From the NCBI GenBank assembly GCA_036172245.1, contig JAYWIR010000029.1:2790001-2854000 (forward strand): 64,000 bases of DNA. The letters are read 5' to 3'. Both the position numbers and the translations under genes were made by a program. Shown one piece after another: positions 38,021 to 50,909 of the stretch. This DNA comes from Raillietiella orientalis. Taxonomy: Eukaryota. The notes under the pieces are model-generated. The model had not been told where the DNA came from, made no database searches, and saw nothing but the letters and a program-made list of their open reading frames with translations. Within the stretch, counting starts at the first letter, position 1. Each line of letters opens with the position of its first letter.

Positions 38021-38875
38021 TTCACGCTCCTCTGGTATTAGCGACCGTCCGGCCCACGTGACTCTTGTTGCAACATTCCTTCTCCCGCGCTCTCGTCGCC
38101 AGGTTTCAGGTTCCTCCTCCTTTGTTCCTCTCTTTGCGTTTTCCCGGATCGAGCGCGGATGGGATTCGTGGAGGCGCCTGACCACTCCGATGCACTTCCG
38201 CAGATGGCGCTTCGGATAAGGAAGACGCTGATCCGACCCCGCACGGGAAGCGGAACGCCATTGCAAAGGCGTAGCGCCACCGCGCCGAACCCGTGGGGGA
38301 CTGGGAGGGCGCGTAGGGTGCGCGTCGCCGAAGACGGGGAAGACGCGCTTTAAGGAGACGCGCGTCGCTCCCGAAGACGGAAGGATCGACGACGCGGTGG
38401 CTGGACAGCGAAGAACACCCAGGTGCTCTCCTCCAGCATGACAGGGAAGAGGGACGCGAAAGGATGGAAACAGGCGGGTCAGCTGCAGCCTCGCAGAGGA
38501 GTCCCGCTGCTTTCGCTTCTTTCTTCCCTTTTTTTCTTTGGCATTCTGCTCCTCTCCGACCGCGCGTCATCGTCCTGCCGAACGAACGGAGAGGCTGAGG
38601 GGATCCCGTGGAAAGGCCGCGAACTCGGACGGCTTCATCCGGCGCGGACGCAACGGGGCCTCAGACAGGGAGGAAGGGCAGCACGCTGCCGTCCTGCCCG
38701 CCGGCGGGGCGCTCCCCAGACCGAGGGAAACCTCCACCCTTCCGTCTTCGTTGATCTCCACCCCCGCCAGATGAGAGCACACAGGCGCCTGCAACTGCAT
38801 AAGCCGGGTCCGGCTCGAAATCCCGAAAAATCATGGGAAACAAGAACGTGCGCTCATCTCGCGTAGGTTAACGTG

Positions 38876-39965
38876 CAGATCTGTTTTGTACAAAATAAAT
38901 TACTCTACTCGGGAACCAATTTATTTTATCCACACAGTTATCCACATCTGCCAACAAACATGCTACTGACAGTAATGTTGTTGGCAGCAGGCATGTACAT
39001 TAAGGTTCACTGACACGCATTTGATTAATAGAATCGGTAGGTAGTTGATAATATCGTTGATATGTATATATTAAATATTATAATTAATAAATAAACACGT
39101 GCCTATTATATACATTAGATGAATTTATAAGTATCGAATTTTTAAAAATAAAAAACAGTTGTGGGGAAAACAGTGGAAAAAACAAAACAAAAAGTGGAAG
39201 CAAATCAAATGAAGGAAAACGAAAATTGACATTCATCTTTTCATCGAAATTCGATATTCATGTATTCATTAAATACCTATTCCTTATATATATAAACATA
39301 TCTGTTTACATAGAAATACATATTTGTCTCTATATGTATATGCATGTATCTACATTTTTCTATATATTTATTCACATATCTGTATATATTAAATGAATAT
39401 ATAAATATCGAATTTTCAAAAAAGAAAATTATAACGAAAGTATACACACATACTTATATACATATGTTTACGGGATCACATATGGAAGTCTATATTATAT
39501 ACGTATATATATATATATAGAGAGAGAGGAATACATATATATGTATTTCTCTTTATATGTGTATGTATCCACATAGATTAATGTGCAAAAAAGAAAACTA
39601 CACATAGCCACACACACACGAAAGAACACACACATATATATGTGTGTTCCTATATATATGTATATAGTATACACTTCTTACATATATACATATGTTTGTG
39701 TGTGTGCATGTACTTTACCTACATAAATATATATACATATTATCCATAAATATCGATGTATATAATGAGCATAGATTGATTATATTTTGTAATCTTCAAT
39801 GCATACATCAGCAACAGTTATCGATTTTATTAATCAAATGCACGTCAGTCAATCTTAATAAACACATAGGTACTAATAATTACTGTTAGTAGCATGCATG
39901 TCGATAGATCGGAGTCACCACGTAAAGGACAATGAATGTGTACACATTCATTGTACATTAATCTG
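38876..39965. mobile_element. AT-rich foldback/MITE-like element with long diverged terminal inverted repeats
   Basis: 38945-39130 aligns with the reverse complement of 39745-39909 (CATGCTACTRACAGTAAT; CATTTGATTAATARAATCG; ATTATATACAT); TA-rich core; sharp GC boundaries. Confidence 0.7.
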
Positions 39966-40038
39966 AGCATTCGTATTCGTGGCTGATGATCTTTCGGTAT
40001 GTTGATCGGTACGGGCAAAAGACCAATCTCGAGTGACT

Positions 40039-40089
40039 TGTGTGTGTGTGTGTGTGTGTTTTGGGGGAGGGGGGAAGGGGGTTAAGGGG
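40039..40089 (+). repeat. (TG)10 microsatellite followed by four G-tracts (G-quadruplex-forming motif)
   Basis: Read directly: G5-A-G6-AA-G5-TTAA-G4 at 40063-40089. Confidence 0.8.
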
Positions 40090-42949
40090 TCGGCTTTTCC
40101 GGTCCTCGCGAGAGGCTCCAAAGAGACCTAAAAATAGACCCATGTTTACCATGCGGAGATAATCATCAGTACGCGAGACTGGTTGCAGCTGATCCTGATC
40201 TCGGAGGATCTTGTTTACGGGCGGCGGAGGCAGGGCCTCTTCCGAAGTGTTTACCAGTTCTCAGTTGACAAGGCAATGCGGAAGGAGGGGATCTCGCGAC
40301 TCTGAATGGCACTTCTCCCCTTCCCCACCCACCCTTGCAGTTGCAGAGCGAGACCTGCTGCAAGTGGGGAAAAACACCTCGCCTGCTCTTTTTGCGGGCG
40401 GATGCATCTCAAGAGGGCGGATGGGAGCACTCGGGGCCTCGTTTCCGAAAGACCAGGAGGCACTTTGGGGCTGGTGCTCCCGGTTCTTTTCCGGTGAGGA
40501 TTCCTCCACACAGCTCGCTCAGCACAGCGTCCTCTCTGAGCAGAAGAGAGAGAGGGAAGGGAGGGGGGAGGGAAAATGGAAGTCTCGCTACTGCATCGGT
40601 CACGTAAGGAGCGAGTCTAGCCCGGAAAAAAAATTTCACCGAGGAAAGAGAAAAGAGAAATGACTCCGTAACGAACACCCCAAAAAAAAAAAAAAAATTT
40701 CCGTGTTGAGGACCAATCGAGACAGCCGCTTTCCTTATCTTCGCTCTCACTTTCTGCAACCCCACTGATTTGCTGCTATTCTGGTCAGGAGCACGGATGC
40801 GACCCTGAGCAGTGTGACCGAGCGGTTCGGGTTGCTGAGGAGGAGGCGCTTTCCACCCCCCGGGAAGGCAGACGTGTGCCCCCCTCCACAGCGTAGCGGC
40901 GGTGCCGCTCTCTTCGCGTTTCGGTAACCGGCTCATCCGGCTTGCTTTCGCATGGTTGCCGGACGGCCAGTGTGCTCCCGACCGGTAGAGACCGGAGAGA
41001 GAGGGAAGGATGAGGATTAGAAAGTCAACTGGAACCTCTTCCAGTTCGAGAGAGGGTGATGACTTCAAACAAACAAGAGCTGAAAAAGCAAACGCAGCGC
41101 GGATCATCTTCCTTCACTCGCTGAGGTCACGATAGTGGCGAGCAGCCTGATAAAGAAGACCTTCACGGTGTTTTTTTTTGGGGGGGGGAGGGGAGAGGGG
41201 GAGCATGCTTTCCGATGGAGACGCCTGGTGGTGAGGCAAGAAAATATCTCAAAAGCACAGAAGATACCTTGAGATTGCTTCACTTACATTTGGGAACGCG
41301 AGATAAGTTGTTTTTGCATCCGAGATTCGAATTCAGTACTTGGTACGGCAGAATTTATCCAGAAGAGATCAAAAGTTCTGGAGTACTCACCCCCTTCCCC
41401 TGCTCCTCTTATTCCCCCCTTGCCTTCTTCTGCTTATGGAGACAGTTGGTTTTCTTCCCGTCTCATAGCCACACTGATCTTTCGGCCTTCATTCGCGGAG
41501 TATTCCTTCCGTCCGCAAGGAGTGGTCCTTCTCGTTCCGCTTGAAAGTTGCTGCGTTACGTCTCGAGAGAAAGAAAAGCATCAGCGGAGTGCTCTTCGGT
41601 GCTGGTTCGGTCCTTCCAAAGCCCTCTGTTCCTTCTCCGTCGACTTGGCATCCGTGTGGAAGGGGGCTGGAGGCGTCCAGAAGGCAGGTTTCCTTCGTAA
41701 GAGCGACAACCGCGAGCGCTCTCCACGCAAGTCTCCGTGGCTTCCACAGATCTCCTGGGAGGCTGAAAGTCTGGGGTTTAGAGAGGAAGGAAGACAGATA
41801 TTTCCCGCGCTGTAGCTTCTCTCTCCAACTTTCGCGCCTTGCTTCGAGTTTGTGGGCGGCAGACGCACTCTGGCGGAGGAGGCGGAATCCGAAAAATGAC
41901 GTCTGGCCGGTCCCTACGGCAGAATCGAAGGGAGGATGCGTCTTCCCGTGCGAGCTCCTGAGATCATCGTGTTGCACCGACAAACCTTCGAGGAGACCTG
42001 GGCTCACGGCAAGAGCCGAGGCTCTTCAACTTCCAAATGGACCTGCGGAACTCGGTTCTGGAGGGAGTTTCCGGACGCAGGCTCCTTCGGTGCGACGGAA
42101 GCAGCGACTCCTTCGAAGCGATTGAAACGGAGGGAGACTATTAGGTTAGAAAGGATGGAACAGTCTCCGGAGGCTGGTGCTCTTTCAAGCGATGACGCAC
42201 GTAAATCGATAGGTGCACTCCGATGCAAACGAATTGGAGGATTCACTTTGATGCCTCGCAGAAATAACCTGATATTTCATCATCAGGAAGAAAAGCAGCG
42301 GAATCTTCTGTGGTTGGGCATCTTCAAGTTGAATTGCAATCATTTTTTATTTATATGGAACGATGGATCCAGCATCCCGTAGGAATAAAGATCACGCGAG
42401 AGTTAGCGGCGCGGACTCATCAGGGTCTTCTCACTATGAACTACTGAAGCGCAGAATTCTCGAGGAGTTGAGCTGATGGACTCCGTGATCTTCCTCGATA
42501 TTGGATTTCCGAGATGGAGGCAAGAGCTTTTGATTCTTCCCTGGATTTGCGCCTCGCTGAGCACGGAATGAGTGCTCATTCGACCCAGTCGAGAATGGCT
42601 CGAACCAAACTCTCGTCCTCTTGAATCCAAGAGAAGAAGAGCTTGAATCTTCACACCGAATCTCGGATGTTACCAGCACAGGATGTTCATTTCACCCGAC
42701 GGATCTCCTGCTGCCCGACGAACGGTGGCAGCAGAAGGCTGCTGAGCACTAGGCTGCATTCCAGGGAATGCGATCTGAAGATCTTCACCCCTTGCGACAT
42801 CTGCTGCCACGACCCCTGTAAGTGGTGATGCAGGACGAAGTGAAGTGGTCGACCCTGGCCACCACACCCCTCTCCGCAACGCCGTCTACCTCAGGGCGAG
42901 AGACAACATAGCCGACCGGAGAGGTGGGAGTTTTCCTTCACCATCGCGG

Positions 42950-43860
42950 GAAAAACAGAACTCTTCGGTGCCTGGAAGACGCGTGAGTTGATGGATGCGT
43001 TCTGTGGCGAAGGGACTCCTTCGGTGGGGCGAAATTTAAAGTGTTGTCCCCGCAGAACTTGTCCCTCCCCATTGTGTACACGGTTCGTTGTTCCCCCTCG
43101 CCCCGTACTGCTCTTCTTCCACTGGGGATTCCAGCGGAACGAGCGACGGCATCGAGTTTCCGGAGGGATTGCATTCGCGAACTGTGCCAGGTTCGGGTCG
43201 ACGGAGTCGATTCCACCGCACCTGCTTTTTGATTGCGGCACCCTTAAGAAACTGTGACGGAGGCTGGCAACAGCACTCCTGCACCAGGAAGACACCGCCC
43301 GAGACGTGCTGAGGTGGTTCTTCGCACCGAGGGACCTCTCGACGGGCGCAGTTATTGCAACCGTGGGTTGCATTCGTTCCATTGCCGGGGCCCGACTGGT
43401 ACTGGAAACCACACGCAGAGAAGGAAGGTCATCAGAATGGCAGCCGTCTACATCAGGGCGGCTGCGAGGTAGCCTCACCTGGAAGAGGAAGCCAAGGAGA
43501 TCACTGGCATCCTCCACCGGTTGATGGACGGCTTGGAACAGCTGAGCCGGTGATCCTTGTCCCTCTCTCCCTTTTTCATTTATTTTTCTCCCTTAATCCC
43601 CGTCCCCATTCGCTCCCTCATTTTCTTGGTGCTTTTTTTTTTATTCCGATGAATACGGAGTGACACCAAAGATCCCTGTCTCTCTCACCCAATTTGCTTT
43701 TTTTTTTTGTTGTCCCCCTGGTTCTTCCTCCGTTCCGGACTTTCCGTTTTCCCTGCCCACGTGCCGGTGGACCCTCCCTTTTGTTTTTTGTTGAGCTGGT
43801 TGGGAACTTTGTTATTAACTGGTTTATTTTTAATAAACGCCCCGGCATGATTGAGTGTGG
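42950..43860 (+). mobile_element. Tx1/L1-like LINE 3' end
   Basis: 'HWGFQRNERRHR..ANCARFGSTESIPPHLLFDCGTLKKL', T-rich UTR, then AATAAACGCCCCGGCATGA. Confidence 0.75.
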
Positions 43861-43949
43861 GAAAGATCAGTTCCACGGGGTAAAAAATTTCACCCCATGG
43901 AATTGATCTTGTCTGTCGTCTGTCCGGTCCAGCAGCGAGCGAGAGGTCT

Positions 43950-45040
43950 CATTTGCTGCTCGCTCAGGAGTGGGTGGAACAGCAGGTGGCGTGCTGATGT
44001 TTCTTAAGCGGAAGGTTTTTGGGATGATCCCATGAAAAGGTTCTTTGAAAAATGTGCTCTGGAATCTTGCGTCAGCTCCGCATTTACAATTATTTAAGAG
44101 TTCGACGGGGAATCCCGTTCCATACTTAACCATTTAATGTCCCTATCCTCCCATTCGGCAAAGTATCTTCATTCCGATTCTTCATCGCTTACCAAAAGGA
44201 AGCTGAAGGTCTGTCGAGTAAGACTCCAGAGAAGTCAGTTGACTCCGGTAAACTCCATCTGGCTTTCGGACCACGACATGGAGTCCTTCCTTCCCGTGAT
44301 TTGCAAGTGAAAAGGCATGTTACCCAAGGTTTTTTGCACGGGGTGCATTCTTCAATCATATTTTCCGGATTAAATCAGCACGTCACTTCTTGTTCCTCTA
44401 AGCAAGTAACGAGCGGCATGACAATTCTTTAGCTTGGAGCGAGAGAGAAAAAAAAAGGAAAAATATATATATTTTTTTACTCTTCCTCCAGCGCATGAGT
44501 GAGTTTATGGAAGCTAGCTGGAGATGCAGAATTACAGAGACACGGAACCTCGTTGCTGCAACGGGAAGCTGGGTTTTGAACGAGCATTCTTTGGATAGAG
44601 ATGTGGACTTTGACGGTCCTCTCTTCACGGATTTACAGGAGCACCGTTGAGGTTCCTTCACGGACGCAAAGGACCCTGTACATTTTTGCTGGCCAGTAAC
44701 GAGATGTAAGGTTACCCGATCGCAAATATCAAAATCCTGACCATATAGGGCCGTTTTCTTAAGGAATCTGTTTTGGGGTCAAATTCATCGAATCTTGCAC
44801 CTGACGGATGACACGAGGCACGGATCGTTCAATTCGTTCTTTCCCGCCACCTTCTTGCTGAAGTGATGGCGTGCCAAATCTTGAGGAGGTTGCCTCTTCC
44901 CCAGCAGCAGAATCCTGTTCCGCAAAAGAGAGACATTGGCCGTGAACTGCAAAACGGCAACCTTCTCGCGACAGCACCTATTCCCGCTCGAGAGACGAAG
45001 TGGAAGATTCGATTTGGGTACATTGGACTGCGCATTCGTT
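43950..45040 (-). mobile_element. Decayed L2/CR1-like RT and C-terminal region
   Basis: Collinear 'SNVPKSNL' (GVPQGS), 'QFTANV' (YADD), 'MNLTPK', 'RNLNG..VKVHI', 'VWNGIP' (WNxLP). Confidence 0.5.
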
Positions 45041-45149
45041 CTGATTGCAGCTGTCGTTGCCCTTTTTTTAGAGGAGTTCATCTGCTGATTCAGAGAGAAA
45101 CACATTCCATCGGCTGCACCCTGCCTCATTGCTGGAGTCTCAATGAATG

Positions 45150-45559
45150 TGTCTTCCGTTTTTCTCTCTCTTTCTCTCTCTGAAGGGAGCTCCTCGGGGG
45201 CAGCGCTCCTCTTGACATTCCGGAGAGGCAACCCACCGAGGGGGGCATCAATCAGCTACGCGATAGAGGGTCTTCCCCCGCGAGCGATGAGACGGCTCCT
45301 TTGCCCAACCGGAGGGGAATCCCTAAGGGGACCGGCTCCGTGGTTCCTGAACCCCAGAGGGTGGTTGGCTTCCCATCCCGGCTAGTCAGCAAGGGCATCC
45401 GGCTTCCAGCAGCGTGCCGCACCCAGAGCCTGCAGGCCATCCAGGCCTCATTCTGCAGGGAGGACTCGAAACCCACGACGCACCCATTTCTCGGACCCGT
45501 TTCTTTTCCAGTGTGATTCGAACCCGCGACGCTTGACCGCAGCCACAAAGCCGCCGACG
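45150..45559 (-). mobile_element. SINE-like element copy F (5' half)
   Basis: Minus strand GTGGCTGCGGTC..AGCGTCGCGGGTTCGAATCAC head; body collinear with copies A and E. Confidence 0.75.
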
Positions 45560-48500
45560 TGGTCCGCGGACACCGCCTGCTTCGGCGTGCCTCTCACGAT
45601 CCTTGCTCATGGAAGTCGAGTCCCTCTCCAAATCCGCAAGATTCTTAGCAGCCATCCTCAAGGGACGGTGGAACACGTGGACGTAAGAGAGGTCAGACCG
45701 ATCGGATCGTTACATCCTGATCACCGTGGATTCGAAGCCGCTGGAAAAGCGCGTGAAGGTTAAAACGGAGAACCCGGTTCTCTTCTGGTTTGCACGAACG
45801 TGCGGGACTGTAAACACCATGAGCTCAACGTTTGTTTGTTAACAGCTCGTGATTCAATGCGCAGCGAGGATTCTTCTTCTTCCCTGCTTCGCAGAAAACA
45901 ACGAATCGGTGGCAAGGAAGTGCTCCGCGGAATGCAAGTTTTATGATTTCACCGCGTTTCCGTGGGAATTGTTTCGTCTTGACCTGCTGCTGGAAGGTCT
46001 GATGGCTGCCTGAAGAACAGAAGTTCAATTAGGAGACAAAAGAAGACTCGCTGGCTTGAAGAAAAGAGAAAAGAATTTCTGGGTCATTAAAAAAAAAAAA
46101 AGAAAAAAAGAAAGTGCGCTCCTCACGACACGAGAAGCTGGATTGGTGATTGGGAGCCGCCACTCCGGACGCGCAGCGTAAATACAACCGAAGCTTCAGC
46201 AGCGCATCTTTCGGTGTATCAGTTTCGCGTGGGTGCTGGCTGCTATGCGTCCAAGGGCAACCGCCGGGACTACCTGGAAGCTGGTTTCAGAAGCGGAAGA
46301 AAGTTCCGTAGGTTCGTCGCCTTGTCATACGTGGGTGAGCTTTCCTGCGGACGCCCATATCGGTCGGTGGTGTCCGAGTGTCAACATCGCCTCCGCTTTC
46401 ACTTTGCCCCTTCGCGCGATTTCCAGAGAAATGGAAGAAGCCATTTTCACGGGCTGCGGTGGGAGCCGCGACAAATTTTCTCCCCGAGCGCCACGCGCGC
46501 AAGCTGGCCGGCGTCGCCCGCGACGTTGCGTCACGACGGCGACGGCTGGATGTGACTGATCTGGCGGGCCAGGAGAAAACAACTTTCGTTGCTTGGAGAG
46601 GCAGGGAAAACGTTCGGGCGAGAGGAGCGGGTGTGAAGAAGAAGAGGAAGAAGGAGAAATAGACTCGAGAGCGCCACCTGCAGAAGTCGCACGTCTCTCG
46701 AATGCCTCTTTGGCTTCCACCGCCCTCTACTCAAAGACACGGAGGAAGGATGCTGCCGCTGACGCTCGTCATCCCCTGCAAGAAGACTTTTTCTCTTCAT
46801 GGAGCTTTTTCTCCGGATGCAGGAGGATAGAGAACGGGCAAACACACACACAAAAAAAACCGCGATGCAGTTGCTCCTGAGGAAAGTGAATTCGCGCCTC
46901 TTCCTGGAAGGGGCATTCCGAAAAGGAGCCGTAACGATAGAGCAAAGCAGGCGTGCTACCGATGTGATCTTCGAACGAGTCCCGATTGCCCCCAGTGGAG
47001 CCGAGAGCGACCATCTTTCCAGAGTCCCGGCCGGCCTGCTCCTCGGAATCGTGGAAGACGTAAGCGAGGCACTTCTTTCCGGTGCCGGCAGCGTCTGATG
47101 GTGCTCTTGCGCGCTCGCTCTCAGTCCTGGGAAACCCTGATGGCATTCCCCGCGATGTTCGACATTCTCCTTCCTATTCCGTCCGCTTCTCTGCTTGTTT
47201 TCTCCCCGTCCTCTCGCCTTCCTTTTTACGTTCCGAAGGCGCGTCCAGCCCGAGGTCTCCGCAGGTCTCGGAGACCAAGAGGAAGACGTCGTACTCGACT
47301 GCAGCTGGCATCGCGCGCGCGTTCTTATTGGATTCTCCACGGCTGCTCAAGCGCGGATGCCAACAAATTCGCTTGAGGAGATGGATGAGCCTTTTCAGGA
47401 AGAAAAAAAAAAAAAAAAGATGTTTCGAGAATGTCGGGGGATTTTCCTTCCGAGATCGCGGAAGAGCTATCAAGAGGAGCCCGCCGGCATGTGAGTCAGT
47501 CCGGTCGCGCCACGAGATTGTGAATCGGTCGGGGAGAGGCGGGATCTTCCGCTCTCCGTGCTCCATGCGAGATTCATCATCCATTTTTCTAGCATCCAGT
47601 TTTCCGCGTCATATGCTCTCCTATCGTACTCTCTGGCAACAGTTGGCTCACTTTTCAAGGTCGCCCAGTTTTCCCTTCCCCGTTTCGTGCGGGAGTCAGC
47701 TGCCATCTTTTAGTATCTGCACAGTCGAGGGGGATGATTCGTGTAACAGCAAAGAGTGCCTTGCCTTCTCTTGAGAGCCTGGACCAGACTGAATTGCTTT
47801 GGAAGAACGGGAGGAGACGGAATCGCAGCATCCGAGAGGTTTCTCGGAAGGAAGGATCCAGGATACCTCTCGGAAGTTTCGGCGGCGGCAGCTCTGGCTC
47901 TGGCAGATGTGCCTGTTCCTCTAAGTGACCTCCCTCTTTCCCCCTTTGCCCACGTGACTGCTCCGGAGGGAACTTCTCCAGCGTCTGGTTACCGTTGTTG
48001 TTTTTTTTTTTTTTCCACGGCCGGCGAGAACGCTCTCCAGGCGGACCGGCGTGCAGCATCGTGGAGCGTCGGAGGAGCCGAGCAACCGACTGCCCCATGG
48101 TGCGGCAGCTTATCTCCCTCGCGTCTCGCATCCAGCATCCCATCTACGATCGTGCATCCTCGAGCGAAGCCGGTGGCGAGCCATCGATATTTGAGGCACG
48201 CGGGTAGAGGCCTGGGCCCCTCTCGATAGCAGCTCGTACTGAGCGACCCAACTCCCTTTTATCAGCACACCGGGATCATCCTGAGATTAACCCGGTCTCC
48301 AAGCGGACACTTCATCTCTCTTTTCCTCTTTTTTTTTTTTCGTTTTCCTTTTAGAGTAAACCCTGGAGACTTGCGAAATGCCGCGGGGTAATTGAAATTC
48401 TCCCTGCGCGCCCGATTAAGAAATGCTGAGGGACGTGAGGTCGGAGCGCGGTCGAGCAGCTGAGGAGCGTGCATGAGACCGCATCCTTCCCGGAGATCCT

Positions 48501-50663
48501 CCTGAAGGATTTTTCCCGAGACGTCCATTCTTTCGTCAGATTCTTCAAGAGAACCACTCGCTCTGGTTCCATTCTGGCGTTTCCTCCCCCCCCTCTTGCC
48601 TCCCCATGCTGGATCTTCCGAGCTGCACATGATGAAGGGGCGGCGGCTATTCTCAGCGGCAGGGGAGCACCACCTGGAAGATTGCTTTCTGCCGAGGAAT
48701 TGCTGAGCAGAAGATGTGCTCGGGAAGTCATTTGCGGCATGCCGAAGGCAACCGGATGCAGCAGCTTTCCCCTTCGACGGCGCCTACATAGGAGCTAAGG
48801 AGCCCCCCTTCGTGGACCGGCAGTCTGACTCGGACCAACCAATCGGGCATCTGGGTTTCGAGGGAAGGAAGGGAGAGGGGGGCGGTGGCTCTACTCCGCG
48901 TCGCCCGCGATCCCTTCGCGCCGGGCTTCGCGATCCCCTCGAGGGTTTCCCGTCTCTTCGGCTACGGCGAGGACGCACTCCTCGTGAACCCCTCTTCCTC
49001 CTGGACTCCGCCCCATGCCGCAGTCCGTGGGATGCTTCGTCCCTCCCACGGACGAGGCCACCTCGGGACTCACGCCCTAGTGCGCCGCTGGCAGCGTTCC
49101 CGTCGTAGTCCTCCACCGAAAGCAGATCCCACCGGGTCTGCGTTCTCTCGCATCCCCCCCCCCGCCGCCTCCCCCTTCCTCCCTGCCTGTTTTCCGGGTG
49201 TCCTCGCCTCCCTCTCCTCCTTCCGGCATCGTCCTGGCGGGAAGGAGACTCGTTCGCTCCCGCGGCAAAGAACCCGGAAGCAAAGAAGAAACGCCGCCAC
49301 TGGCGTCAAGCAATCCCCCTCCCCTTCTTAACAAAACGGTTGACTGGGAGTTTCGTAGCTCGGTGACGGAGACCGCGGCTGCGCAGTTCCAGTCCCTGCG
49401 ATCCGTCAGTCTGCCGGATCACCGAAGCCACGAATCCCCCAGCCAATCCTCGCATCCGGAACGCCATCTGCAGATCGTTTTCCCTCCCGCCCCCGAGGTC
49501 TGCGACCGGCGCAGCCATTTCTGCTGCAAGAAAAGGAAGGAGGAGAACTCCCGACTCCTCTCACACGCGCACACAGCCTCCGGAACCGTGGCTGACGGAC
49601 TGCTGACGCTGCGGACTGCGCGTTCCCTACCCGCATCTCTCGAGGGATTTCGCAGGCCTTCCAAGGGAGTTCCCATGAGCCCCTTTCTTCCTGGCTTCGA
49701 GGTGGGTGCGTTCTCGAGAGAGAGAGAGGGAGGGAAAAGCGGAGGAGCGGCGCGCACGGGCGTGCCTGAGGCGTCTTCCCGACATCTCCCGCATCAAGAT
49801 CCACCTGTGTCCTTCTCCCCTTAGCTTCCTTCTGCGACCTTTCCTCAGAAAAGGAAAGGCGCCTCCCTTTCCGAAAGAAGGGAAGCAAGGAACGCTTCTC
49901 TTCTCCCGGAAGGGCCTCGGCGGGAACGCTAAGTCCCGGGGTGAGGCTGAAGAGGTCTGCCACTCGTCTCCGCCGAGGCAGAGGCGGCGCCCACGGGTTT
50001 CCTCCATCGGCTCGCTCCTCCGCTTTCGTAGGCAACCGGATCCCGGCGCGCGTCCCTAATCCAAGCTGGTGCACGGGCGCCGCAGTGCCTCGGAATCCCC
50101 GCGTGCAGGAGCGCCACTTGTGAACGCAGGTGCTCCTGCATCCCCCCCCCCTCTCTCTCTTAAGGGGAGGCGCTCCTCTCGAGTTCAGATGAAAGGGAGA
50201 GAAGAGGGAGGAGGAAGGGAAGGAAGGAAGGCAAAAACCAGGGAAAAGGAAAGGAAGTGACCCTTTCCCCATCTGCGGCCTTCCTCCACCTCCCACGAAC
50301 TTCGGGTCGGGACAGCCACGACAAGAAGCAGATCTTCGGGGACCCCAAATGGAACCGAAACAGCGCCCCGCTAAGGAGGAGTGGGGTCCCTTGCTCCTCG
50401 CAGCCTCCCCCCCCCCCCCGAGGTCTGAGCATCTGGACGATCTCTCCGGGTAGGCAGTCCTAGAGAGGAATAACCGAAAAGGCAAGTAGCATTGCTGGCT
50501 GCTTACTCGCTGTCGTACGAACCCCAGCCTCGGGGCTGACCCCCCTGAGAGGGCAGGAAGGGCCGAGAGGGATGCAGTAGCAGCTCCACGGGACGATTGC
50601 ATGGATGAGAGAGTCCCTTGACCCCGCTGTGGAAAGGGGAAAGACCCATCCATAAATTTCGTT

Positions 50664-50669
50664 TTTATT
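50664..50669 (-). terminator. Candidate polyadenylation signal for ZIP copy 2
   Basis: AATAAA on the minus strand in a short AT-rich patch about 240 nt after the stop codon. Confidence 0.4.
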
Positions 50670-50909
50670 TTTTTAATTTTTTTGCCGCCTCCACTCAGCA
50701 GCCGGGGTAGTTCTCGGGGCTCGTCGGAAGAGACGTTTCCGGAGCACGGAAGAAGACTTTTCGCGGCAGGCATTTTCTCCTGGGTGGCGCGCGAGGTTCC
50801 CCCTAGGCAAAGACTCGCCACGTGTCTGCTGCTGCTGCTCTTTCTCCTCTGCCGCCCCTCTTCTTCGACGTCCCCGCTACACATGGCCGGAGGGGCAGAG
50901 GGTTCTTTC

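Noticed and set aside
38926..38946. Two perfect DnaA-box 9-mers (TTATCCACA) beside an AT-rich tract, resembling a bacterial oriC
   Set aside because: The context is eukaryotic with no bacterial genes; one 9-mer is expected by chance in 64 kb and the second is a 12 bp tandem duplication; the AT tract is better explained as a foldback element
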